Origin: Actinomycetota bacterium
GTDB taxonomy: Bacteria; Actinomycetota; UBA4738; HRBIN12
Reading direction: 5' to 3'
NCBI GenBank assembly: GCA_041287635.1
Contig: JBGGNG010000152.1
Coordinates: forward strand, 11-64,010
DNA length: 64,000 nt
Shown here: positions 25,937-35,011 of the stretch, piece after piece
Numbering within the stretch: position 1 is the stretch's first letter
Layout: the number at the start of each line of letters is the position of its first letter
Translations under genes and position numbers: made by a program
The notes under the pieces: generated by a model
What the model saw: only the letters and a program-made list of their open reading frames with translations
What the model was told of the DNA's origin: nothing
Databases searched by the model: none

Positions 25937-27750
25937 CTGCCGAGCTGACCCGCCTACGAGGGTTGGACGACGATCTGCCGGTCCCCGAGGAGCTCAAGGG
26001 GTCGTTCGCGGTGCTCCGCCGCGGCGTGCGCGAGAGCCCCGAGCTGCGCAAGGGCCTCGGCTTCACGCTCGTCGTCTCCCTGGGTATCACCGCGATCTCG
26101 CTCGTCACCCCGATCCTCGTGCAGCAGGTGTTCGATCACGGCTTCACGCCCGAGTTCAAACCGAGGTTCGTCTACGGCATCTGCGCGCTGGCGTTCCTGC
26201 TGGTGATCGTGGCGTTCCTGGCGGCGCGCACCGCCGGGCGCCGGCTCGTGCGCGCCTCCGAAGAGGCGTTGATGAACCTGCGCGTGCGCACGTTCGCGCA
26301 CATCCACCGACTCTCGATCGCGGAGCAGAGCGAGGAGAAGCGTGGCGTCTTCGTGGCCCGTGTGACCGCCGACGCCGACTCCCTGCAGCAGTTCACGGAG
26401 TGGGGCGGCATCGCGTGGCTGATCTCGTTCGTGCAGGCGTTCGCGGCGCTCGCCGTGATGCTCGTGTACTCCTGGCAGCTCTCGATCGTGGTGGTGCTGC
26501 TGATGGTGCCGCTCGTGGTGATCATGGGCTCGATGCAGGCTCGGCTGTCGGCGGCGTTCGATGCCGCACGCACGCGCGTCGGCGAGATGCTGAGCGAGGT
26601 GAGCGAGAGCGTGATGGGCGCGGCGGTCGTGCGCGCCTACGGCCTCGACGACACGATCCATGCGCGGGTCACGGGCGCGATCGGACGCCGCTACGACGCC
26701 GAGGTGAAGGCGCACCTGCGTGCGGCGACCTTGTGGCCGATGTCCAGCGTGTTCTACGCGCTCACGCTGGCGGTCGTGATCGCCGTGGGCGCCCTGTTCG
26801 GCCCGGAGTGGGGCCTGACCCTCGGCACCGCTACGGCGTTCCTGTTCCTGGGAGACGTCTTCCTCAGCGTGTTCGAGGACCTGCCGGAGATCTACTCCGA
26901 GACCCAGACGGCGATCGCGGGCTGGCGGAAGATCCTCGCCGTGCTCGACCTGCCGATCGAGATCGAGGAGCCGGCCGACGGGGTGCGGCTGCCGACCCAC
27001 GGGGCCCTGGACGTCGAGGTCAACGATCTGACGTTCGGCTACCGCGGCGGACCGCCGGTGCTGCAAGACATCGAGGTCGCGATCCCGGCCGGGGCCCACG
27101 TGGCGATCGTGGGCGAGACGGGAAGCGGCAAGACGACGTTCGCGAAGCTGCTGACCCGCCTCGCCGATCCTCGGATGGGCTCGATCGAGGTGGGCGGCGC
27201 CGACCTGCGCGAGATCGACCCGTCGTCGCGCCGTGTCGCGATCCGCATGGTGCCGCAGGACGGCTTCCTCTTCGACTGGTCGGTTCGGGAGAACGTCAAG
27301 GTCGGGCGCGAGGGTGCCACCGACCGCGAGGTCGACGCAGCCTTCGAGGAGCTGGGGCTCGGCGAGTGGGTGCGCGCGCTCCAGGACGGCTTGGACACGC
27401 GAGCCGGCGAGCGTGGCGAGCAGCTCTCGGTGGGTGAGCGACAACTGATCGCGCTCGTGCGGGCCCAGATCGCCGACCCGGGCCTGCTGATCCTCGACGA
27501 GGCGACCAGCGCGGTCGATCCTGCGACCGAGGCGCGCATCACGGAGGCGCTCAGGCGGCTCTCTGCCGGGCGCACCACCGTGACGATCGCGCACCGGCTC
27601 TCCACCGCCGAGCACGCCGACCGCGTGTTCGTCTTCGACAGGGGCGAGATTGTCGAGCGGGGCACCCACGACGAGCTCGTCGCGATGGGAGGCGTCTACG
27701 CCGGGCTCTACGAGAGCTGGCTCGGCAACATCAGGGACGACCCGGCGTGA
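25933..27750 (+). CDS. ABC exporter, fused TMD-NBD (heterodimer partner)
   Basis: 605 aa. Walker A GETGSGKTT, signature LSVGERQLI. Overlaps the upstream gene by 4 nt. Confidence 0.9.
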   Translation: MTAELTRLRGLDDDLPVPEELKGSFAVLRRGVRESPELRKGLGFTLVVSLGITAISLVTPILVQQVFDHGFTPEFKPRFVYGICALAFLLVIVAFLAARTAGRRLVRASEEALMNLRVRTFAHIHRLSIAEQSEEKRGVFVARVTADADSLQQFTEWGGIAWLISFVQAFAALAVMLVYSWQLSIVVVLLMVPLVVIMGSMQARLSAAFDAARTRVGEMLSEVSESVMGAAVVRAYGLDDTIHARVTGAIGRRYDAEVKAHLRAATLWPMSSVFYALTLAVVIAVGALFGPEWGLTLGTATAFLFLGDVFLSVFEDLPEIYSETQTAIAGWRKILAVLDLPIEIEEPADGVRLPTHGALDVEVNDLTFGYRGGPPVLQDIEVAIPAGAHVAIVGETGSGKTTFAKLLTRLADPRMGSIEVGGADLREIDPSSRRVAIRMVPQDGFLFDWSVRENVKVGREGATDREVDAAFEELGLGEWVRALQDGLDTRAGERGEQLSVGERQLIALVRAQIADPGLLILDEATSAVDPATEARITEALRRLSAGRTTVTIAHRLSTAEHADRVFVFDRGEIVERGTHDELVAMGGVYAGLYESWLGNIRDDPA

Positions 27751-30059
27751 GCGGCACACCCGACCCGATGGCCGGCCTGCGCGCGATGGCGGCGGGGGCG
27801 CTGTTCCCGACCGGCGGCGAGGTCCGCGTCGAGGGCATCCTCGAACCGGTCACCGTGCGCCGCGACGCCTGGGGCGTGCCCTACATCGAGGCGGCATCGC
27901 TCGACGACCTCTGGTTCGCGCACGGGGTCGTGACCGCCGGCGAGCGGCTGTTCCAGCTCGAGCTCACCCTGCGCGCGGCCAACGGACGGCTCAGCGAGCT
28001 CTTCGGCGAGCGCACCCTCGATGAGGACCGGCTCGCCCGCACCGTGGGCTTCCACCGGGCCGGCGCTCGTATCGCGGCCACCTGGGACGATCGATCGAAG
28101 GCCATGCACGCGCGGTTCCGAGCGGGCGTTCGGGCGTGGGTCGACGCGATGCCCGCCGCACCGCTCGAGTACACGCTGCTCGACACGACGCCGTGGGTCC
28201 CCGACGACGAGGCCGTGTGGGCGTCGGCGTTCGTGCTGCTCGCATGGGGACTCTCGGGCAACTGGGACACGGAGCTGCTCCGCTCGTGGATCGGGGATGC
28301 GGGCGGCGACGACGCGGTCGCTCGACTCCTGCCACCCTTGCCGGCCGATCCCCTCGAGGTCGTCCCTGGCGCCCTCGCCGGCGCCTTGTTCGACGCGGCG
28401 CCACGCGCGAAGGGACAGGGCTCCAACGCCTGGGTGGTCGCGGGAAGCCGGACCTCGACCGGTGCGCCCCTGCTCGCGAACGATCCCCATCTGCTCGCGA
28501 TGCAGCCGGGCATCTGGATGGAATGCCACCTCTCGGCGCCCGGGTACCGGGCGCGAGGCGTGTCGTTGCCGTTCTCCCCCGGCGTGTTGCTCGGCTGCAC
28601 CCCTCACCACGCCTGGGGGGTCACGAACGTCAGCGGCGACGTGCAGGATCTGTTCATCGAGCGTCTCAACCCCGAGCGCACGGCCGCGGAACACGCCGGG
28701 GGGTGGGAACCCCTGACCGTGCGTCGGGAGGAGATCGTCGTGCGGGGAGAGGAGCACCCGGTCTCGCTCGAGGTTCGGGAGACGCGCCACGGGCCGTTGC
28801 TCGACACGTTCGTCTCCGGGTCGCTGCGACCCGAGTACGTGGCGTTGCCCAACGAACCGAGCTATGCCCTCTCGTGGGTCGGCCTCGAGCACGGCATCGG
28901 GCCCTCGCTCGTGCTCGACGTCGCCCAGGCCGCATCGTTCGAGGCCTTCCGTGCCGCGGCGCTCGAGGGGCTCGCCTGCCCGGGCCAGAACGTCGTGTAC
29001 GCCGACGTGGACGGCACGATCGGCTACGCGTGCACCGGCCGCTACCCGGTGCGCTCGAAGGGCGACGGCACCGTGCCCGCACCCGGCTGGACGGGGGCGA
29101 ACGGGTGGAACGGCCAGGTGCCGCCCGAGGAGCTTCCCTGGGGTGCTGATCCTGCGCGGGGGTACCTCGTGACCGCGAACCATCGAATGCACGACGAGGA
29201 CTACCCGCACCTGATCGGTCACGACTTCCATCCATCGCTCCGGGCTCGTCGCATCGCAGAGGTCTTGGCCGCCCGCGACGACCACGACGTCGCCGCGATG
29301 GCCCGGCTGCAGACAGACGTCGTCTCGCTCGCCGCGATCGAGAACGTCGGCCTGCTGCTCGAGCGGCTCGGAGCCGGGGACGACGGCGAGCGAACGTCGG
29401 TGGTCGGTCTGTTGGCATCGTGGGACGGTTCACTGACCGCGAGGTCGGGTGCCGCCGCGATCTACCAGGTCTGGTGCTCGCATATCGCGCGCCTGGCGCT
29501 CTCACCGACGCTCGGCGGCGAGCTCTTCAGCCGTTACCACGCGTGGCGTGAGCCGTTCCAGTGCGGTGCGCTCCCCCGCATGCTCCGCGCCGGCGAGCTC
29601 GACGCGGAGCTGCTCGCCGAGGCGCTCGACGCCGCCGTCGCCGAGCTCCGGGCGGTGCTCGGCGAGGACCGAGCCGGTTGGCGCTGGGGCGATCTGCACC
29701 GGGTCGCTCTCGCGCATCCGCTGGCCGCGATCCCGGGGTTCGAGACGTTGTTCGTGGCGCTCGAGGCCGGTGTAGGCGGCGACGACCAGACCGTGCTGCA
29801 GACGGGTGTGGACGCCCGCGACGGGTATCCGGCGGCGGTGATCCCGTCGTGGCGAGCCGTCTACGACCTGGCCGATCTCGACAACAGCGTCGGGGTGCTG
29901 CCCGCCGGCAACAGCGGGAATCCCGCGAGCCCGCACTGGAACGACCAGGCGCCGCTGTGGCTCGCCGGCCAGACGCACCCGCTGCCCTTCTCCGAGACCG
30001 CGGTCGAGTCGGCGACGGTCGCCCTCGCTCGCCTCGTGCCGGGTACCATCTCTGGCTGA
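27747..30059 (+). CDS. Penicillin acylase (S45 Ntn-hydrolase) family protein
   Basis: 770 aa with WGVPYIEA...DLWFAHG and a beta-chain nucleophile context GQGSNAWVVAGSRTSTGAPLLANDPHL. The GTG start overlaps the ABC gene stop. Confidence 0.85.
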   Translation: MSGTPDPMAGLRAMAAGALFPTGGEVRVEGILEPVTVRRDAWGVPYIEAASLDDLWFAHGVVTAGERLFQLELTLRAANGRLSELFGERTLDEDRLARTVGFHRAGARIAATWDDRSKAMHARFRAGVRAWVDAMPAAPLEYTLLDTTPWVPDDEAVWASAFVLLAWGLSGNWDTELLRSWIGDAGGDDAVARLLPPLPADPLEVVPGALAGALFDAAPRAKGQGSNAWVVAGSRTSTGAPLLANDPHLLAMQPGIWMECHLSAPGYRARGVSLPFSPGVLLGCTPHHAWGVTNVSGDVQDLFIERLNPERTAAEHAGGWEPLTVRREEIVVRGEEHPVSLEVRETRHGPLLDTFVSGSLRPEYVALPNEPSYALSWVGLEHGIGPSLVLDVAQAASFEAFRAAALEGLACPGQNVVYADVDGTIGYACTGRYPVRSKGDGTVPAPGWTGANGWNGQVPPEELPWGADPARGYLVTANHRMHDEDYPHLIGHDFHPSLRARRIAEVLAARDDHDVAAMARLQTDVVSLAAIENVGLLLERLGAGDDGERTSVVGLLASWDGSLTARSGAAAIYQVWCSHIARLALSPTLGGELFSRYHAWREPFQCGALPRMLRAGELDAELLAEALDAAVAELRAVLGEDRAGWRWGDLHRVALAHPLAAIPGFETLFVALEAGVGGDDQTVLQTGVDARDGYPAAVIPSWRAVYDLADLDNSVGVLPAGNSGNPASPHWNDQAPLWLAGQTHPLPFSETAVESATVALARLVPGTISG

Positions 30060-30060
30060 G

Positions 30061-30321
30061 ATGCCGGTTTCCAGGGGACGCCAGAAGAAGAAGACCCCGC
30101 GCTACCGCGCCGCGCCGCAGCAGCCGAAGAAGCGCCACCGGTCGAGCCCGCGCTGGTACGGCCCGCTGCTGATCACGCTCATGGCGCTGGGGGTCATCGT
30201 GATCGTCGCGAACTACATGGGGCTGATCCCCGGCACCGACGGCACCGCCTCGTCGGTCTGGCTCTGGATCGGGCTCGGCATCCTCGGCGCCGGCTTCGTC
30301 GGCACCAGCTTCTGGTACTGA
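30061..30321 (+). CDS. crgA: Cell division protein CrgA
   Basis: 86 aa with a basic N-terminus (RGRQKKKTPRY...SPRWYGPL) followed by two TM helices, the usual actinobacterial CrgA architecture near oriC. Confidence 0.8.
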   Translation: MPVSRGRQKKKTPRYRAAPQQPKKRHRSSPRWYGPLLITLMALGVIVIVANYMGLIPGTDGTASSVWLWIGLGILGAGFVGTSFWY

Positions 30322-30334
30322 GGCCGCCGGTCGA

Positions 30335-30350
30335 ATCACACGCGTGTGAT
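30335..30350. repeat. Perfect 16-bp palindrome ATCACACGCGTGTGAT
   Basis: Read directly, 14 nt after the crgA stop. It could be an operator or a short terminator hairpin. Confidence 0.9.
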
Positions 30351-30351
30351 C

Positions 30352-30500
30352 CCTCCACATGTTTCCCACCGCTGTGGACGAACACCCTGCGGATCCACCC
30401 ACCGTTCGCTCCGTCGTCACGTCGTGTGGAGAACCCGGTGAAGGACCGGTGGAGAACCCCTCGAGAACGTGAGGCTCGCGGTGGAACGTCGGTGGAAAAC
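30352..30500. promoter_or_regulatory. Cluster of about 8 DnaA-box-like motifs (GTGGA/GTGGG core)
   Basis: Motifs seen: GTTTCCCAC 30361-69, TGTGGACGA 30373-81, ATCCACC 30393-99, TGTGGAGAA 30425-33, GGTGGAGAA 30448-56, GGTGGAACG 30480-88, GGTGGAAAAC 30491-500. These are the same motif variants found in the dnaA-dnaN spacer. Confidence 0.4.
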
Positions 30501-30510
30501 CTGCCGCCGT

Positions 30511-30774
30511 TCAGATGCCCGCAGGCCGTCGCTCGACCTGCATCTTCTCCCCGCAGTGGCGGGGAACCTGCATCTCGCCGAGCCGCGACACCTTGAGCTC
30601 GGTGCCGCACTCCCCGCACACGAAGTACACCTCGAGCGCTTCGACATCCTCGGCCTCGGCGGGCGCGGGCACTTCGTCGGGATCGGGCGAGAACACGCGC
30701 AACGACGCGATGCCGATGCGCCAGATCAGCGCACCGACCAGGATCGCGGTCACCACGAGCAACCAGTCGGGCAT
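30511..30774 (-). CDS. Small membrane-anchored zinc-ribbon protein
   Basis: 87 aa with an N-terminal TM helix and C-terminal CGECG...PRHCGEKM. Confidence 0.5.
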   Translation of the reverse strand: MPDWLLVVTAILVGALIWRIGIASLRVFSPDPDEVPAPAEAEDVEALEVYFVCGECGTELKVSRLGEMQVPRHCGEKMQVERRPAGI

Positions 30775-30820
30775 CCACCCACGCTAGCAGCCGGGTCGTC
30801 CGAACCAGCCGCGCTCGGAG

Positions 30821-32200
30821 CTAGATCACGCCCTGGGCGAGCATCGCGTCGGCGACCCGGCGGAACCCGGCGATGTTCGCCCCGTGCACGTAGTTCCCGG
30901 GCTCCCCGTACTCGTCGGCGGTGTCGCGACACTGCTCGTGGATGCGCCGCATGATCTCGCGCAACCGCTGGTCGACGCCTTCGCGGGTCCAGGACAGACG
31001 CATCGCGTTCTGCGACATCTCGAGGCCGCTGACCGCGACCCCGCCCGCGTTCGCCGCCTTCCCGGGCCCGTAGAGCACCCCCGCCGTCACGAACTGGTCG
31101 ATGCCCTCGGGCTCGGTGGGCATGTTCGCTCCCTCGCTCACCAGGAACACACCGTTCGAGATCAGGTTCGCCGCATCCTTGCCGTTGATCTCGTTCTGGG
31201 TCGCGCTGGGGAACGCGCAGTCGGCAGGAACCTCCCAGAGCGCGTTGTGGTCGTCCGACGGATCGGCGGGCGTGAACGTCGCGGTCGGGAACCGCTCCGC
31301 GTAGGCCATGATGCGGCCGCGGCGTTCGTTCTTGAGGTCCATCACCCACGCGAGCTTCTCTTCGTCGATGCCGTCGGGGTCGTGGACGAAGCCGCCCGAG
31401 TCCGACAGCGTCACGGGCCTGGCCCCGAGGTGGATCAGCTTCTCCACCGTGTACTGGGCGACGTTGCCCGAGCCGCTCACGAGGCAGTTCTTGCCCTCGA
31501 GCGAATCGTCACGGGTCCCGAGCATCTCCTGGGCGAAGTAGACGGCGCCGTAGCCCGTCGCCTCCGGTCTGATCAGGGAGCCACCGGTCTCGAGCCCCTT
31601 GCCGGTGATCGCACCCGTGAACTCGTTCGTGATGCGCTTGTACTGACCGAACAGGTAGCCGATCTCTCGTCCTCCGACTCCGATGTCGCCGGCCGGCACG
31701 TCGGTGTTCGGCCCGATGTGGCGATGGAGCCCGGTCATGAACGCCTGGCAGAACCGCATCACTTCCTGCTCGCTCTTGCCCTTGGGATCGAAGTCGGCGC
31801 CACCCTTGCCCGCGCCCAGGGGCAGCGTCGTGAGCGCGTTCTTGAAGACCTGCTCGAAGGCGAGGAACTTCAACATGCCCAGATACACGGTCGGATGGAA
31901 TCGAAGGCCACCCTTGTACGGACCGATCGCGCTCGACATCTCCACCCGGTAGCCGCGGTTCACCTGCACCTGGCCGCGGTCGTCGACCCACGAGACGCGG
32001 AACGTGATCACGCGCTCGGGCTCCACGAATCGCTCCAGCACCCTTGCGTCGCGGTAGACGGGGAAGCGATCGACGCAGAGCTCGATCGAGCCGGCCGCCT
32101 CTCGCACTGCCTGCAGGAACTCCGGTTCGTTCGCGTTCCTGGCCGTGACATCGGCCATCAGACGCCGGACGTACTCACCCACCGATTCTCGCGCCCCCAC
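30821..32200 (-). CDS. gdhA: NADP-specific glutamate dehydrogenase
   Basis: 459 aa with EPEFLQAV, KGGLRFHP and GAGKGGADFDPKGKS motifs. Confidence 0.92.
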   Translation of the reverse strand: MGARESVGEYVRRLMADVTARNANEPEFLQAVREAAGSIELCVDRFPVYRDARVLERFVEPERVITFRVSWVDDRGQVQVNRGYRVEMSSAIGPYKGGLRFHPTVYLGMLKFLAFEQVFKNALTTLPLGAGKGGADFDPKGKSEQEVMRFCQAFMTGLHRHIGPNTDVPAGDIGVGGREIGYLFGQYKRITNEFTGAITGKGLETGGSLIRPEATGYGAVYFAQEMLGTRDDSLEGKNCLVSGSGNVAQYTVEKLIHLGARPVTLSDSGGFVHDPDGIDEEKLAWVMDLKNERRGRIMAYAERFPTATFTPADPSDDHNALWEVPADCAFPSATQNEINGKDAANLISNGVFLVSEGANMPTEPEGIDQFVTAGVLYGPGKAANAGGVAVSGLEMSQNAMRLSWTREGVDQRLREIMRRIHEQCRDTADEYGEPGNYVHGANIAGFRRVADAMLAQGVI

Positions 32201-32294
32201 CGGTTCGTGCGTTGCCGAACCGACCCGTCATCCTGCCACGACGACCGCCCGGGGCGATACCCCTCTCCGCACCCGGTCATTGCCGTGCAATCCA

Positions 32295-33194
32295 TCACGA
32301 CGCAGCGAAGGCGCGACGGAGCGCCTCGCGGAACGGCATCGGCTGGATCGCCGGGAAGCGTCTCGTCGCCTCGTCATCCTGCACGACCATGGGGGTTGTC
32401 ATCCCCTCGATGAGCGGCCTGGCGAGCGCCGCCGGAACCGAGGTGGTCAGGCCACACCAATACGAGGAGAGGCGGGGGGTGAGCAGCGGCACACCGACGA
32501 TCAGAGGATGTCGACCTCGTTCGGCCGCCACCGTCTCGATCATGTGCCGGTAGGTCGTGACGTCGGGCCCACCGATCCCGACGATCGTCCGGTGCTCCCC
32601 CAGCGGGGTCTCGAGCCCGGCCACGAGGTAGGCGAGCACGTCGTCGATCGCGATCGGCTGCGAGGGCGTATCGACCCAGCGCGGCACGACCATCGCGGGC
32701 AGCCGGTTCACGAGATCGGTGAGCATCGTGAACGACGCGCTGTCCGCACTCACGACCATCGCCGCTCGGAACTCCAGCAGCGGCGGCCCCGACTCCGCGA
32801 GGATGCGGCCCGTCTCGTGCCGGCTCGCGAGATGCTCGGAGAGATCTGCATCGTCCGCGCCGAGGCCGCCCAGGTAGATCACGCGCTCGACCCCGGCCGC
32901 TCGCGCAGCCTCGCCGAAGAACCTCGCGCCCTCGGCGTCGCGCTCACGGAAGTCCCCGGCCGCCGCCGGTTCCATCGAGTGCACCAGGTAGTACGCGGCC
33001 CTCACGCCCTCGAGCGCGGGGCCGAGTGTCGCCGGACGCAGCACGTCGAGCTCGACCGCCGCCAGGCCGGGCCATCGCTCGTGCAGGGACGGTGGTCGAC
33101 GAGACGCGACCCGGGGTTCCCGCCCCTCGGCCACGAGCCGATCGACGAGCCGCCCCCCGATCGCGCCGCTCGCGCCGGTGACCAGGATCGTCAT
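32295..33194 (-). CDS. NAD(P)H-binding (NmrA/atypical SDR) family protein
   Basis: 299 aa. N-terminal MTILVTGASGAIGGRLV. Confidence 0.75.
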   Translation of the reverse strand: MTILVTGASGAIGGRLVDRLVAEGREPRVASRRPPSLHERWPGLAAVELDVLRPATLGPALEGVRAAYYLVHSMEPAAAGDFRERDAEGARFFGEAARAAGVERVIYLGGLGADDADLSEHLASRHETGRILAESGPPLLEFRAAMVVSADSASFTMLTDLVNRLPAMVVPRWVDTPSQPIAIDDVLAYLVAGLETPLGEHRTIVGIGGPDVTTYRHMIETVAAERGRHPLIVGVPLLTPRLSSYWCGLTTSVPAALARPLIEGMTTPMVVQDDEATRRFPAIQPMPFREALRRAFAAS

Positions 33195-33202
33195 GGTCGA
33201 CG

Positions 33203-35011
33203 CTAGGGCACCCGAACGCCGGGCACGTTCCGTTCGAGGAAGCCCAGGATCGCTCGCATCTGGCGGATCTCCTCGTCGATGTCGTTCGAGCCGTGGCCCG
33301 TGCCGAACAGCACGACCTCATGGGGGTGGTTGCGCTCACGGAGCTTGTCCACGAACGCCATCGCCTGGCGCAGGGGACACCGGGAGTCGTTCTCCCCGAT
33401 CAGGAAGATCATCGGTGCCCGCACGTCGTCGGCGAAGTGGATCGGATTACGGTCGCGCATCAGCTCGGGCACCTGATCGGGGGTGCCGCCGAGCAGGGCC
33501 CGGTCGTACGCCTGCAGCTCGGGCGAGAGGTCCTCGTAGCCCAACTCGTAGTCGCCGATGGGGATACCGGCCACCCCGGCCAGCCACATGTCGGGGTGCT
33601 TGCAGAGCTCCATCACGGTGATGTAGCCGCCCCACGACCATCCGCCGACGACCGCACGAGCGGGGTCGCCGATGCCGCGCCCGACGAGGTCCGCCAGCCC
33701 GGCGTTCACGTCGACGAGTTCGGGGCCTCCGATGTCGCCTATCAGACGGTCGCGCCACTCGCGCCCGTACCCGGTGGACCCCCGGTAGTTGACCATGCCG
33801 ACCGCGAACCCCATGTCGACGTAGGCCAGCACCTCGGGATCCCAGGCGTCGGTGTCCTGCCCGGTTGGCCCCCCGTGCACGAGCATCACCACCGGGAACG
33901 CGCCGTCGCCTTCGGGCGTGACGTAGAACCCGTGCACTCGATCGCCCTCGCCGTTGTCGAAGTGCCATGAGTGGAACGGCCGGCCGGCCGGCGCGCGATC
34001 ACCGTCGGCCCGCACCACGTCGGCGCCGGCCGTATCGAGCGTCACCGACGACCGTTCTCCGCTCGAGAGCCGGAACCACACGTCGCCGTCGGGTCGCACG
34101 CGCGCCGCGCCGATCGTGCCGCGATCGTGCTCGATCGGGGTCAGCGAGCCCGACGCGAGCTCGTATCGGTAGAGGCGGTCACGGCCCTCGTCGTTGTGCG
34201 CGACGAGGAGCGAGGCGGCATCGGGCCACCAATCCACGGCTTCCACCGGACCGGCGAGGCCGAGATCGAGGTCGGTCCACACGCCGCTCGCGAGGTCCCA
34301 GATCGCGGGACGCTCCTCTCCCTCGCGCTCATGGGTGACGACGAGCCGTTGGTCGCCCGGCCGAGGGGACCAGCACGACGCGAGCAGCGCCATGCCCTCG
34401 TCGATCTGTTCGGCGACCGTCGCACCGGTCCGAGGATCGACGACTCGAAGCGCCGGGTGCAGGCTGTCGCCGTGCTCGGCGTGCTCGAGCGCGAGCATCG
34501 ATCCGTCGGCCGAGAGCCCGCCCAGCCCCCCACGCCCGAGATCCGAGCCCCCGATGCTGATGTGCTCGGTGCTGCGCCAGATCTCCTTCGCCGGCTCGCC
34601 GTCGGCCGAGACGTACACCGCGAAGCCGTCGGCGTCGCTGATAGCGGCGGCCAGGAGCCCCGGCATCTGTGCGAGACCCTGGTTCCAGCCGGTCGGCACC
34701 CCGGCGAGGAACGGCACCGCGTCGCCACCGGAGAACGGCTCGGCGTACCACCGGCCGGCCTCGCTGCCGGTCTCGTCCTGCCAGAAGAGCACACGCTCAC
34801 CGTCGTCGGTGAGCTCACCCGCGAGCACCCCGACCGGATGGTCGGTGACCTGTCGTCGCAGGCCCGTCGCCCGGTCCCAGACGTGCACCTGATAGACGCC
34901 ACTCTCCGTACTCCAGAAGACGAGGCGCTCGGGTGCCGACCGCGCCCAGCGGGGGAGGGACACGACCGGCGCGCGGAACCGACGCTCCCAGGCAGGAAGA
35001 TGATCGCTCAT
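33203..35011 (-). CDS. S9 prolyl-oligopeptidase-family serine peptidase (acylaminoacyl-peptidase-like)
   Basis: 602 aa. N-terminal beta-propeller-like region and a C-terminal alpha/beta hydrolase domain with GGWSWGGY (GxSxGG). Confidence 0.85.
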   Translation of the reverse strand: MSDHLPAWERRFRAPVVSLPRWARSAPERLVFWSTESGVYQVHVWDRATGLRRQVTDHPVGVLAGELTDDGERVLFWQDETGSEAGRWYAEPFSGGDAVPFLAGVPTGWNQGLAQMPGLLAAAISDADGFAVYVSADGEPAKEIWRSTEHISIGGSDLGRGGLGGLSADGSMLALEHAEHGDSLHPALRVVDPRTGATVAEQIDEGMALLASCWSPRPGDQRLVVTHEREGEERPAIWDLASGVWTDLDLGLAGPVEAVDWWPDAASLLVAHNDEGRDRLYRYELASGSLTPIEHDRGTIGAARVRPDGDVWFRLSSGERSSVTLDTAGADVVRADGDRAPAGRPFHSWHFDNGEGDRVHGFYVTPEGDGAFPVVMLVHGGPTGQDTDAWDPEVLAYVDMGFAVGMVNYRGSTGYGREWRDRLIGDIGGPELVDVNAGLADLVGRGIGDPARAVVGGWSWGGYITVMELCKHPDMWLAGVAGIPIGDYELGYEDLSPELQAYDRALLGGTPDQVPELMRDRNPIHFADDVRAPMIFLIGENDSRCPLRQAMAFVDKLRERNHPHEVVLFGTGHGSNDIDEEIRQMRAILGFLERNVPGVRVP

